Assembly (NCBI GenBank): GCA_963771275.1
Contig: CAVYSW010000003.1
Location: 1,120,001-1,184,000, forward strand
Direction: 5' to 3'
Length of the DNA stretch: 64,000 nt
DNA from: an uncultured Gemmatimonadales bacterium
GTDB lineage: Bacteria; Gemmatimonadota; Gemmatimonadetes; Gemmatimonadales; GWC2-71-9
Shown here: positions 30,249 to 42,008 of the stretch, piece by piece
Numbering within the stretch: position 1 is the stretch's first letter
How the letters are laid out: each line of letters starts with the position of its first letter
Made by a program: the position numbers and the translations under genes
The notes under the pieces: generated by a model
Told to the model about the DNA's origin: nothing
Database searches by the model: none
Seen by the model: the letters and a program-made list of their open reading frames with translations, nothing else

Positions 30249-30424
30249 TCCGTACCCTCATCGGCATCGCGGCCGTCGTCGCGCTCTTTCTGCTGTATGG
30301 CTGGTTGCAGTGGGGGCGGCCGCGCCATGGCTGCGGCAACTGCAGCTGTGGTGGCGACGTCTGCGAGCGCACCGGCGAGCCCCGCCATCTGGAACTCGTG
30401 GAGCACAAAGATGCCCGTTCCTGA
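30245..30424 (+). CDS. Small membrane-anchored Cys-rich protein (59 aa)
   Basis: ATGA overlap with rnfA; MIRTLIGIAAVVALFLLYGWLQW TM followed by GCGNCSCGGDVC. Confidence 0.7.
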   Translation: MIRTLIGIAAVVALFLLYGWLQWGRPRHGCGNCSCGGDVCERTGEPRHLELVEHKDARS

Positions 30425-31400
30425 AACCTCCGGGTCACTCCATCCCACGCGCCGGCAGTTCCTGGCGCTCGGCGTCGGCGCCTTCGTCGTCGGGACCGTT
30501 CCACTCGCGGGGCTCAGACGCCGCAGAGTGCGCCGCACGGTTCCGGTGATGGGGACCATCGCCGAGTTTGCGGTCGTGCACCGCAATCCGGTGTACGCCC
30601 ATGCCGCCATCGATGCCGCGATGGGCCGGCTGAATCTCGTGGAAACGCTGATGACGCGGTACAAGGACACCTCGGACATCGGCCGCGCGAACCTCGCCGG
30701 CAGGCGTGAGGCCGTCCACGTGACCGCGCAGACGGCGACGGTGCTGGCCGCTGCGCTGGGCTGGGCGGAATCCTCCGAGGGCGCGTTCGACCCCTGCATG
30801 GGATCGGCCATCGAGCTGTGGGATGTGGGACACCGACACCAGCCCCCGGCGGCGGACGCCGTGCGGCGTTTGGCGGGGCAGCGATTCTACCGCGACCTCG
30901 ACCTCGATCGCTGGCAAGGCCGTCCCGCGGCCCGGCTCACGGCGCGCGAGGCGCGGATCGACCTGGGCGGCATCGGTAAGGGCTACGGTGTGGATCAGGC
31001 CATCCAGATGCTCCGCGACTGGGGCATTCGCGACGCCATCGTGAACGTGGGCGGAGATCTCTACGCCATGGGGCGCTCCGAAGATGGCAACCCGTGGCGT
31101 ATTGGCGTGCGGTCACCGGCGAGCGCCACGGAGATGCTGGCGACGCTCGACGTCGAGGACCGGGCCGTCGCGACGTCCGGCGATTACCTGCAGTACTTCG
31201 AGTACCACGGGCGGCGCTACCATCACCTGCTTGACCCGGCCACCGCCGCCCCGCGCCTCTCCGCCATGCACAGCGTCACCGTCATGGCCGATGACTGCAT
31301 CACCGCGGACGCGGCCGCCACGGCGTGCTTCGGGCAGGACGTGGCGGCGAGCAACCGTTTGCTCACCAAGCGGTCGGCGCGTATCGTGCACCACGTGTAG
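30411..31400 (+). CDS. apbE: FAD:protein FMN transferase (ApbE) with Tat signal
   Basis: TRRQFL Tat motif, VMGT, GAFDP, DLGGIGKGYGVD, GGDL, ATSGDY, HHLLDP. Confidence 0.92.
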   Translation: MPVPETSGSLHPTRRQFLALGVGAFVVGTVPLAGLRRRRVRRTVPVMGTIAEFAVVHRNPVYAHAAIDAAMGRLNLVETLMTRYKDTSDIGRANLAGRREAVHVTAQTATVLAAALGWAESSEGAFDPCMGSAIELWDVGHRHQPPAADAVRRLAGQRFYRDLDLDRWQGRPAARLTAREARIDLGGIGKGYGVDQAIQMLRDWGIRDAIVNVGGDLYAMGRSEDGNPWRIGVRSPASATEMLATLDVEDRAVATSGDYLQYFEYHGRRYHHLLDPATAAPRLSAMHSVTVMADDCITADAAATACFGQDVAASNRLLTKRSARIVHHV

Positions 31401-31441
31401 GCTCCGCGGCAGCACGGTCCGGTCGCGCAGGGAGGCTCCCC

Positions 31442-32158
31442 ATGGTGGAAACGCTCGAGGGGCGTGTCGCGCTCGTGACGGGCGGGACCGGAGCCCTGGG
31501 GCGCGCCGTCGTCGCGCGACTCGCCGCGGGCGGGGCGGACGTGTACGCCTCGTGGGTGACCGAGGCGGAGGCCGCTGATCTCGAGTCGGCGTTGGGCCGG
31601 GACGCCCAACGGGTCCACCTGCGTCGAGCGGATGTCACGGATCCCGCCTCCGTCGATCAACTGGTCTCGGGCGTGACGGACTCGGCGGGCCGCCTCGACA
31701 TCCTGGCTAACATCGTAGGCGGGTTTGCCTTCGCTTCGCTCGAGGAGACCGCGCCGGCCATGTGGCAGCGTATGCTCGCGCTCAACGCGACCAGCGCGTT
31801 CCTCTGCTGTCGCGCGGCGGCGCCCGCGATGCGCCGACGGCGTTGGGGTCGGATCCTGAACGTAGCCGCGGTGCCGGCGCTCGAGCGCGGCGCGGCCGGC
31901 ATGAGTGCATACGCCGCCTCCAAGGCCGCGGTGCTCAACCTCACCTACTCGCTCGCCAAGGAGCTCGTACCGCACGGCATCACGGTGAACGCGATCGTGC
32001 CGAGCACTATCGACACGCCCGCCAACCGGAAGGCGATGCCCGAGGCCGATACATCCACGTGGCTCAAGCCCGAGGAGATCGCGGAGGTGATTGCGTTTCT
32101 TGGAAGCGACCGCGCCGGCGCGGTCACCGGCACGGCGGTCAACCTGTCGAGCGGCTGA
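31442..32158 (+). CDS. Short-chain dehydrogenase/reductase
   Basis: TGGTGALG, YAASK, VNAIVPSTIDT; GGGAGG RBS. Confidence 0.9.
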   Translation: MVETLEGRVALVTGGTGALGRAVVARLAAGGADVYASWVTEAEAADLESALGRDAQRVHLRRADVTDPASVDQLVSGVTDSAGRLDILANIVGGFAFASLEETAPAMWQRMLALNATSAFLCCRAAAPAMRRRRWGRILNVAAVPALERGAAGMSAYAASKAAVLNLTYSLAKELVPHGITVNAIVPSTIDTPANRKAMPEADTSTWLKPEEIAEVIAFLGSDRAGAVTGTAVNLSSG

Positions 32159-32166
32159 GGCGCCGG

Positions 32167-32730
32167 CTACCCGGTGAGTTGCGGCTTGGGAGCCCAGCGC
32201 GCTTCCTTGCGCCCGTAGCGCTTCTCGCTGCCGTGGTGCTTGTTCCACTCCTCACGGTAGCAGAACGGGTCGAGACCGATCGCGCGGTCGAGCATCAGCA
32301 CGCCGTCGAGGTGGTCGATCTCATGCTGCAGCAGCTCGGCCAGATCCTTCTCGGCGGTGACCTCGTGGGTCTTTCCCCGAAGGTCCTGGTAGCGGACCAC
32401 GATCCGGTACGCCCGCATCACGCGGACGAGGATGGAGGGGATGGAGAAGCAGTCGTCCCACACGGAGAAGTCGCTCTCGCCGACGTCGACGATCTCGGGA
32501 TTCACGAGAAACAGCGGCTCGTTGATCTCGACGTAGATCAGCCGGATGGGCGCTCCGATCTGGGGAGCGGCGAGGCCGCGTCCCAGGCCATGGCGCGCCT
32601 TGAGGTCACGCAGGGTGTCTTGGAGTCCGTCAGCCACCAGGCGGACGGCCGGCGACCGGGGATTCTTGATCATTTCGCACTTGGCGCGCAGTATGGGGTC
32701 GCCAAGCAGCCTAACGCGGTGTACGGTCAT
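32167..32730 (-). CDS. def: Peptide deformylase (atypical motif 2)
   Basis: LGDPILR, GLAAPQIG, DDCFS in place of EGCLS, QHEIDHLDG. Confidence 0.85.
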   Translation of the reverse strand: MTVHRVRLLGDPILRAKCEMIKNPRSPAVRLVADGLQDTLRDLKARHGLGRGLAAPQIGAPIRLIYVEINEPLFLVNPEIVDVGESDFSVWDDCFSIPSILVRVMRAYRIVVRYQDLRGKTHEVTAEKDLAELLQHEIDHLDGVLMLDRAIGLDPFCYREEWNKHHGSEKRYGRKEARWAPKPQLTG

Positions 32731-32756
32731 AGCGGGACCCAATCTAAGGACCAAGC

Positions 32757-34806
<2,050 letters not shown>

Positions 34807-34931
34807 GGTTGTCCTCATACAAAGCTAAGCACGGACCTGGCACCGCGCGAAGCCGGCGGTCCCAGGGTTGACCCAAGGGCTGTCAGATTGGAGCTGGTCG
34901 GCGGTTGGGCCGGCCGGACCCCCGAACGCAG

Positions 34932-34963
34932 CGCCGCCCTCTCACCGAAGCGAGAGGGCGGCG
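34932..34963 (-). terminator. Strong hairpin downstream of hppA
   Basis: CGCCGCCCTCTC-8 nt loop-GAGAGGGCGGCG perfect 12-bp stem; no U-tract. Confidence 0.55.
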
Positions 34964-34985
34964 TCACTGCGAGAGCTGAACCTGC

Positions 34986-37511
34986 CTATGCCTCGGCCTT
35001 CTCGATCCGCATGGCATAGAACGACCGCCACACGAACACGACGCCGATCAGGAAGAACACCGCCGCCAGCCCACGGCTCAGGAGGGCCCCCTGTTGCGCC
35101 GTGAGGTAGACACCAAGCTCCACCGCGAGGAGCCCGAACAGCGTCGTGAACTTGATGACCGGGTTCATCGCCACTGACGAGGTGTCCTTGAACGGGTCGC
35201 CCACCGTGTCGCCCACCACGGTCGCCGCGTGCAGCTCCGTGCCCTTCTGCTTGAGCTCGGTCTCCACGATCTTCTTGGCGTTGTCCCACGCCCCGCCGGC
35301 GTTCGCCATGAAGATTGCCTGGAACAGGCCGAACATGGCGATGGAGATCAGGTAGCCGATGAAGAAGAACGGCTCCACGAACGCGAACGCGAGCGTCGAG
35401 AAGAACACCGCGAGGAAGATGTTGAACATGCCCTTCTGCGCGTACTGCGTGCAGATCTCCACGACCCGCTTGCTGTCCGCGATCGAGGCCTTGATCACGC
35501 CCTCGAGCTTGATGTTCCGCTTGATGAACTCGACCGCCCGGTAGGCGCCGGTCGTCACGGCCTGCGTCGCGGCTCCGGTGAACCAGTAGATCATGGCGCC
35601 GCCGGTGATCAGGCCGAGCAGGAATGGGGGGTAGAGAATCGAAAGCCGATCGACGTCCGCGGTGAGTCCCTCGGTCAGGGCCACGATGATCGAGAAGATC
35701 ATGGTCGTGGCGCCGACGACCGCCGTCCCGATCAGCACGGGCTTGGCGGTGGCCTTGAAGGTGTTGCCCGCCCCGTCGTTCTCTTCGAGCAGGTCCTTCG
35801 CGTTCTCGAAATCCGGCGCGAAGCCGAAGTCCTTCGTGATCTCCTCCTTGATCCCCGGCAGCGTCTCGATCATGGACAGCTCGTAGACCGACTGCGCGTT
35901 GTCCGTCACGGGGCCGTAGGAATCCACGGCGATCGTGACCGGACCCATGCCCAGGAAGCCGAACGCCACCAGGCCGAACGCGAACACGGCGGGCGCCTGC
36001 ATCAGGGCGCCGAGCCCCTGCGTGCTCACCAGGTATGCCACCGCCATCAAGCCCATGATCGCGAGGCCGAGCCAGTACGCGGCGTAGTTCCCGGCGACGA
36101 ACCCGGACAGGATGTTGAGCGAGGCACCGCCCTCCCGCGAGGAGGTGAGGATCTCGCGCACGTGCCCGGACTTGGTGGAGGTGAACACCTTCACCAGCTC
36201 CGGGATGATCGCGCCGGCGAGCGTGCCGCAGGTGATCACCGTCGAGAGCTTCCACCACAGCGTGGTGTCGCCGTTCAGCTCGGGAATGATCAGGCGCGAC
36301 ACGATGTACGTCAGCACCACCGAGAGGATCGAGGTGAGCCACACGAGCTGTGTGAGCGGGATCTCGAAGTTGAACTTGGCCGCCGTGCCGTACCGCCCCT
36401 TCGCGATCACGTTGTTGACCAGATAGGCGCCAACCGAGGTGGCGATCATGATCACCCGCATCACGAAGATCCAGACCAGCAGCTTGACCTGGATCAGGGG
36501 CTCCGGCACCGCGAGCAGGATGAACGAGATGAGCGCGACGCCCGTGACGCCGTAGGTCTCGAAGCCGTCCGCCGTGGGGCCGACCGAGTCACCCGCGTTG
36601 TCGCCCGTGCAGTCCGCGATCACGCCGGGGTTCCGGGCATCGTCTTCCTTGATGTTGAAGATGATCTTCATCAGGTCGGAGCCGATGTCGGCGATCTTGG
36701 TGAAGATCCCGCCCGCGATACGGAGCGCCGCCGCGCCCAGCGATTCGCCGATGGCAAAGCCCAGGAAGCAGGGACCCGCGTAGTCGCCGGGGATGAACAG
36801 CAGGATGGCGAGCATGAACAACAGCTCGACGCTCACCAACATGGTCCCGACACTCATCCCTGCATGGATCGGGGTCTCGTACACCAGGAAGGCGCGGCCC
36901 TTGAGGCTGGCGAACGCCGTGCGCGAGTTGGCCAGCGTGTTGATCCGGATGCCGTACCACGCGACGCTGTAGCTCCCCGCCATGCCGATCAGGCTGAACA
37001 GCAGAATGACACCGATCTTGTGGGGCGCAAAACCGATCATCAGGAAGTACAGCACGATGATCGTCCCAATGAACAGCTCCAGGATCAGCAGGAGCTTCCC
37101 CTGCTGGAGCAGGTAGGTCTTGCAAGTCTCGTAGATCATCTCCGAGACCTCGAGCATCGACTTGTGCACCGGGAGCTTCTTGACTTGGACGTAGGTCGTG
37201 AGCCCGAACAGCAGCCCGAAGACGCATACCAGGAGACCCCAGAGCAGGAGCTGATGGCCGGTGAGACCGAGGAAGTTCCCCTGAGCCAGACTGGGGAGCC
37301 GGAGGTTCACCTCGCCACCCAGCTCGTGCTCCGGTGCCGCCTGCGTGGCGACGGGCGCCTGAGCGCTGGCCTGCGGCGCGAAGATGAGAACGGAGTCGGC
37401 GCCTTGCGCCGCGGCGGGCCGCGCGCCGACCAGAATGAGGAGCGTGAGAAGGCCGAGCGCCGCCACCAGCAGCCGGCCGGGCGCCTGGCGGACAAACCCG
37501 AGAAGGTTCAC
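34986..37511 (-). CDS. hppA: Membrane-bound ion-translocating pyrophosphatase
   Basis: GGIFTKIADIGSDLMK..EDDARNPGVIADCTGDNAGD, DSYGPVTDNA, GNTFKATAK, GGAWDNAKK, GDTVGDPFKDT; GGAGG RBS before GTG. Confidence 0.95.
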   Translation of the reverse strand: MNLLGFVRQAPGRLLVAALGLLTLLILVGARPAAAQGADSVLIFAPQASAQAPVATQAAPEHELGGEVNLRLPSLAQGNFLGLTGHQLLLWGLLVCVFGLLFGLTTYVQVKKLPVHKSMLEVSEMIYETCKTYLLQQGKLLLILELFIGTIIVLYFLMIGFAPHKIGVILLFSLIGMAGSYSVAWYGIRINTLANSRTAFASLKGRAFLVYETPIHAGMSVGTMLVSVELLFMLAILLFIPGDYAGPCFLGFAIGESLGAAALRIAGGIFTKIADIGSDLMKIIFNIKEDDARNPGVIADCTGDNAGDSVGPTADGFETYGVTGVALISFILLAVPEPLIQVKLLVWIFVMRVIMIATSVGAYLVNNVIAKGRYGTAAKFNFEIPLTQLVWLTSILSVVLTYIVSRLIIPELNGDTTLWWKLSTVITCGTLAGAIIPELVKVFTSTKSGHVREILTSSREGGASLNILSGFVAGNYAAYWLGLAIMGLMAVAYLVSTQGLGALMQAPAVFAFGLVAFGFLGMGPVTIAVDSYGPVTDNAQSVYELSMIETLPGIKEEITKDFGFAPDFENAKDLLEENDGAGNTFKATAKPVLIGTAVVGATTMIFSIIVALTEGLTADVDRLSILYPPFLLGLITGGAMIYWFTGAATQAVTTGAYRAVEFIKRNIKLEGVIKASIADSKRVVEICTQYAQKGMFNIFLAVFFSTLAFAFVEPFFFIGYLISIAMFGLFQAIFMANAGGAWDNAKKIVETELKQKGTELHAATVVGDTVGDPFKDTSSVAMNPVIKFTTLFGLLAVELGVYLTAQQGALLSRGLAAVFFLIGVVFVWRSFYAMRIEKAEA

Positions 37512-37567
37512 TGGAATTCCTCCGCGATGAAAATCACGAAATCGTCAAAACGCAAAGTGGCGTATGG

Positions 37568-37593
37568 TTGACTGCTGGTCCGCGTTTAGTCAA
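37568..37593. promoter_or_regulatory. Inverted repeat TTGACT-N14-AGTCAA upstream of hppA (candidate operator / -35 element)
   Basis: Direct reading of the sequence; lies about 60 nt upstream of the hppA start. Confidence 0.35.
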
Positions 37594-37628
37594 GGAAAAG
37601 GCGGGAGGTCTTTCCCCGGCCCCCCGCC
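37594..37628 (-). terminator. Intrinsic terminator after the beta-propeller lipoprotein gene
   Basis: Minus strand GGCGGGGGG...CCTCCCGCC stem followed by TTTTCC. Confidence 0.55.
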
Positions 37629-37662
37629 CCCTCCCCGATCGCATCGCTCCGGTTCCCGATGC

Positions 37663-38922
37663 TCAGCTCGCAGCCGCCTTGCCTTTCACGATGCCGAGCC
37701 GCACGACGTACTGCACGTCCAGCTCGTCGCGCTGGATGCCGTAGATCTTGTCGCCGATGAACTGCACGGGCTGGAACCGCCGCGGCATCGCGACCACGCC
37801 GAGGAACCGACCCTCACCGTCGAACACATCCCAGTCTCGCGCGGCTAGATCGTATTGGAGGTTGAATCCCTTCCGCTCTTCCGGCGAGAGCTTCGAGGGC
37901 GCCTGGACTTGCTGCACCCAGATTGAACCGTCCGGTCCCCCCATGAGCTGAGCGAAGGCAGGGTAATTCGCCGCAAAGTGCACCCGTGTCACCAATTGCC
38001 CAACGACGTCAGGCGTGGCTCCCGCGTCGCTCCATCCTTTTCGCAACAAGTCCTTCACGGTCTGTTGGTCCGCTGCGGCCACTGGGTTCTCTTGAAAGGC
38101 CTTCCCGATTACGCGTTGGAGTTGTCCTCCGGCCAGGTAGATGCCGATGCGGTAATCGTTGCTGACGGCGTAGAGAATGCGGTTCCCAAGCAGGGCCCAG
38201 GCTGGCTCCGGGCTGAAGATGTTGATCTCGGGGCCGCCGCTGGAGAAGGTCGCGCTCTTGCCGGACGGAACACGCATCAGGGTGTCCCCGAGCGTGCCAT
38301 CGAGGTGACGGACCACGATGGCGTCCATGGTGTCGGGCGGACTCGTGGATCCGGGGAACGCCAGGCGCCGGAGTTGTGCGACGATGCGTCCATCGCCTGC
38401 GACCTCCCAGCGAATCGGGATTCCGTCCGCGAAGCTCTGTGGAAAACTGCGCACAAACGTCCCGTCGAGCAGATAGAGATTGACGCGCTGGTTCCCGAGA
38501 TCGGAGACGACAATAGTGTCACCGGGAGCGATCAGCACCACCGCCCCTCGCACCGCCCCCAGCTCGCCCGGTCCACCCCCAGCCCTTCCGATTGTGCGCT
38601 GGTACTTCCCGTCGGGCGTAAACACCTTGAGGTGCTGCCCTTGTCCATCCAACACCACGATCTGCCCATCGCTTGTGAGCGCGACGCAGTTCGGTGGAAT
38701 AAGCTCCCCGAACTGGTAGTCCGGATCACCTTCCGCCGTCCCGATCCGGAGCTCCTCCGTCACCGTCCATGCGTCCGCCGGCGCCCACATGCCCTGGGCC
38801 GGGTTGCTGACGAGCGCAATTCCCGCGGAATCGGTGACGGTCCCGCTCCATCCCCCCTTGCTTCCAGTGCCACACGCCACGAGCGAGACGACTACGCCTG
38901 CCAGCAGGACCTTTGTGTACAT
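37663..38922 (-). CDS. 6-bladed beta-propeller (NHL-like) lipoprotein
   Basis: MYTKVLLAGVVVSLVAC lipobox; IGRAGGGPGEL, VFTPDGKY, VFDGEGRFLG repeats; start could be 38931. Confidence 0.8.
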   Translation of the reverse strand: MYTKVLLAGVVVSLVACGTGSKGGWSGTVTDSAGIALVSNPAQGMWAPADAWTVTEELRIGTAEGDPDYQFGELIPPNCVALTSDGQIVVLDGQGQHLKVFTPDGKYQRTIGRAGGGPGELGAVRGAVVLIAPGDTIVVSDLGNQRVNLYLLDGTFVRSFPQSFADGIPIRWEVAGDGRIVAQLRRLAFPGSTSPPDTMDAIVVRHLDGTLGDTLMRVPSGKSATFSSGGPEINIFSPEPAWALLGNRILYAVSNDYRIGIYLAGGQLQRVIGKAFQENPVAAADQQTVKDLLRKGWSDAGATPDVVGQLVTRVHFAANYPAFAQLMGGPDGSIWVQQVQAPSKLSPEERKGFNLQYDLAARDWDVFDGEGRFLGVVAMPRRFQPVQFIGDKIYGIQRDELDVQYVVRLGIVKGKAAAS

Positions 38923-39063
38923 GATGGGCATCCCCGGAGTATGAGCGCCGGACGCGCGAATCAGCCCAGTGAGAGCTGCTAAACCTAGTAATATAATCCC
39001 AGTGCATCGATGCCTCGCACCCGCCCGATCCTGGAATTCCCGGTGTTCTGCCCGTGTTTTTCT

Positions 39064-39077
39064 GAACAAAACTGTTG
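39064..39077 (+). promoter_or_regulatory. Candidate SufR operator
   Basis: GAAC-N6-GTTG (7/8 match to the cyanobacterial CAAC-N6-GTTG SufR site) in the AT-rich stretch upstream of sufR. Confidence 0.35.
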
Positions 39078-39110
39078 ATTTAGTGGAGAAGCTCGGCTAG
39101 CTTCCGTCGC

Positions 39111-39793
39111 ATGGATGCGACCACACCAGCCTTGACGGCCCACAAGGGCCTGCGCGGGCAGATCCTGCTCGAGTTGAAGAAGTCGCAACCGCTTACCGCC
39201 CTTGAGCTTGCCGAGCGGCACCGGGTGACTACCAACGCCGTCCGCCGCCACCTGAAAGAGCTGGAGGCGGAGCAGCTCATCGTCTACGGGCGGGAACAGC
39301 GCGGCCAGGGGGCCCCGACGTTCACCTATCGGTTGTCGGATCGGGGGGAAGCCTTGTTCCCCAACCGGTATGAGGCCGAGCTCACCGCTGTCCTCGAGTA
39401 CCTCGAGAAGAACGGCGGCCGCGACGCCGTGCGCCGGTTCTTCGAGCAGCGGTTCCGCACCCAGGCCGACGAGATCTTGGCGCGCCTCGGCGACGCGACC
39501 CTGGAGCAGCGGGTGGAGGCGGTGGTCGAGTTCCTCCGCCGTGAGGGCTTCATGCCGATCGCCTCGGTGGATGCGGCGGGCATGCGCCTGGCCGAGCACA
39601 ACTGCGCCATGCACGCAGTCGCCCAGCGGTTCCCAGAAGTCTGCGATACCGAGCTCGTGTTCCTGACGGAGCTGCTCGGCCCCGGGCTCCAGCGGGAACG
39701 GCACATCGTAAGCGGGTGCAACGCCTGCGAGTACGCCATCAACCCGGGCGAGGCCGACGCGAACGTCGCGCCTCCGCCCTCGCGGGAGCGAGC

Positions 39794-39797
<4 letters not shown>
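39111..39797 (+). CDS. sufR: SufR-like Fe-S cluster-sensing transcriptional regulator
   Basis: N-terminal wHTH ([10 protein letters not shown]), C-terminal EHNC..EVC..E..CNAC; heads the suf operon. Confidence 0.82.
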
Positions 39798-41227
<1,430 letters not shown>

Positions 41228-41249
41228 CATGTTCGGAGCGGAACCACGA

Positions 41250-42008
41250 ATGCTCGAGATCAAGAACCTGCATGCCTCCGTCGAGGGGACCGAGATCCTC
41301 CACGGCGTCGATCTTTCCGTCGGCAAGGGCGAAATCCACGCCATCATGGGGCCCAACGGCTCCGGGAAGAGCACGCTCGCCCAGGTGCTCGCCGGCCATC
41401 CGGCCTACGAGATCACCGGCGGCGCCGTGTCGTTCGAAGGCAAGGACCTGCTCGACATGGATCCCGAAGAGCGGGCCCAGGCGGGTCTGTTCCTTGCGTT
41501 CCAGTATCCGGTGGAGATCCGCGGCATCACGAACTCGTACTTCCTGCGGTCGGCCGTGAACGCGATCCGCAAGGCGCAGGGGTTGCCGGAGTACGACCCG
41601 ATCGACTTTCTGGACGTGCTGCAGGAGAAGCTCCAGGCGATCGGCTGGGACGACAGCCTGATGAACCGCGCCGTCAACGAGGGCTTCTCCGGCGGCGAAA
41701 AGAAACGGAACGAGATCCTCCAGCTCGCGGTGCTCGAGCCGAAGCTCGCGATTCTCGACGAGACCGACTCGGGGCTCGACATCGACGCCCTGAAGACCGT
41801 GGCGGACGCGGTCAACAAGCTCCGCTCACCCGAGCGCTCGATGGTGGTGGTAACGCACTATCAGCGGCTGCTCAACTACATCGTCCCGGACTACGTGCAC
41901 GTGCTGGCGGACGGCAGGATCGTGCGCTCCGGCGGCAAGCAGCTGGCCCTCGAGCTCGAGGAAAAGGGCTACGACTGGCTGCGGCCCGAGACGGCGGTGA
42001 CGGGATGA
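41250..42008 (+). CDS. sufC: Fe-S cluster assembly ATPase SufC
   Basis: GPNGSGKST, FLAFQYPVEI, NEGFSGGEKKRNEILQ, LDETDSGLDID. Confidence 0.97.
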   Translation: MLEIKNLHASVEGTEILHGVDLSVGKGEIHAIMGPNGSGKSTLAQVLAGHPAYEITGGAVSFEGKDLLDMDPEERAQAGLFLAFQYPVEIRGITNSYFLRSAVNAIRKAQGLPEYDPIDFLDVLQEKLQAIGWDDSLMNRAVNEGFSGGEKKRNEILQLAVLEPKLAILDETDSGLDIDALKTVADAVNKLRSPERSMVVVTHYQRLLNYIVPDYVHVLADGRIVRSGGKQLALELEEKGYDWLRPETAVTG

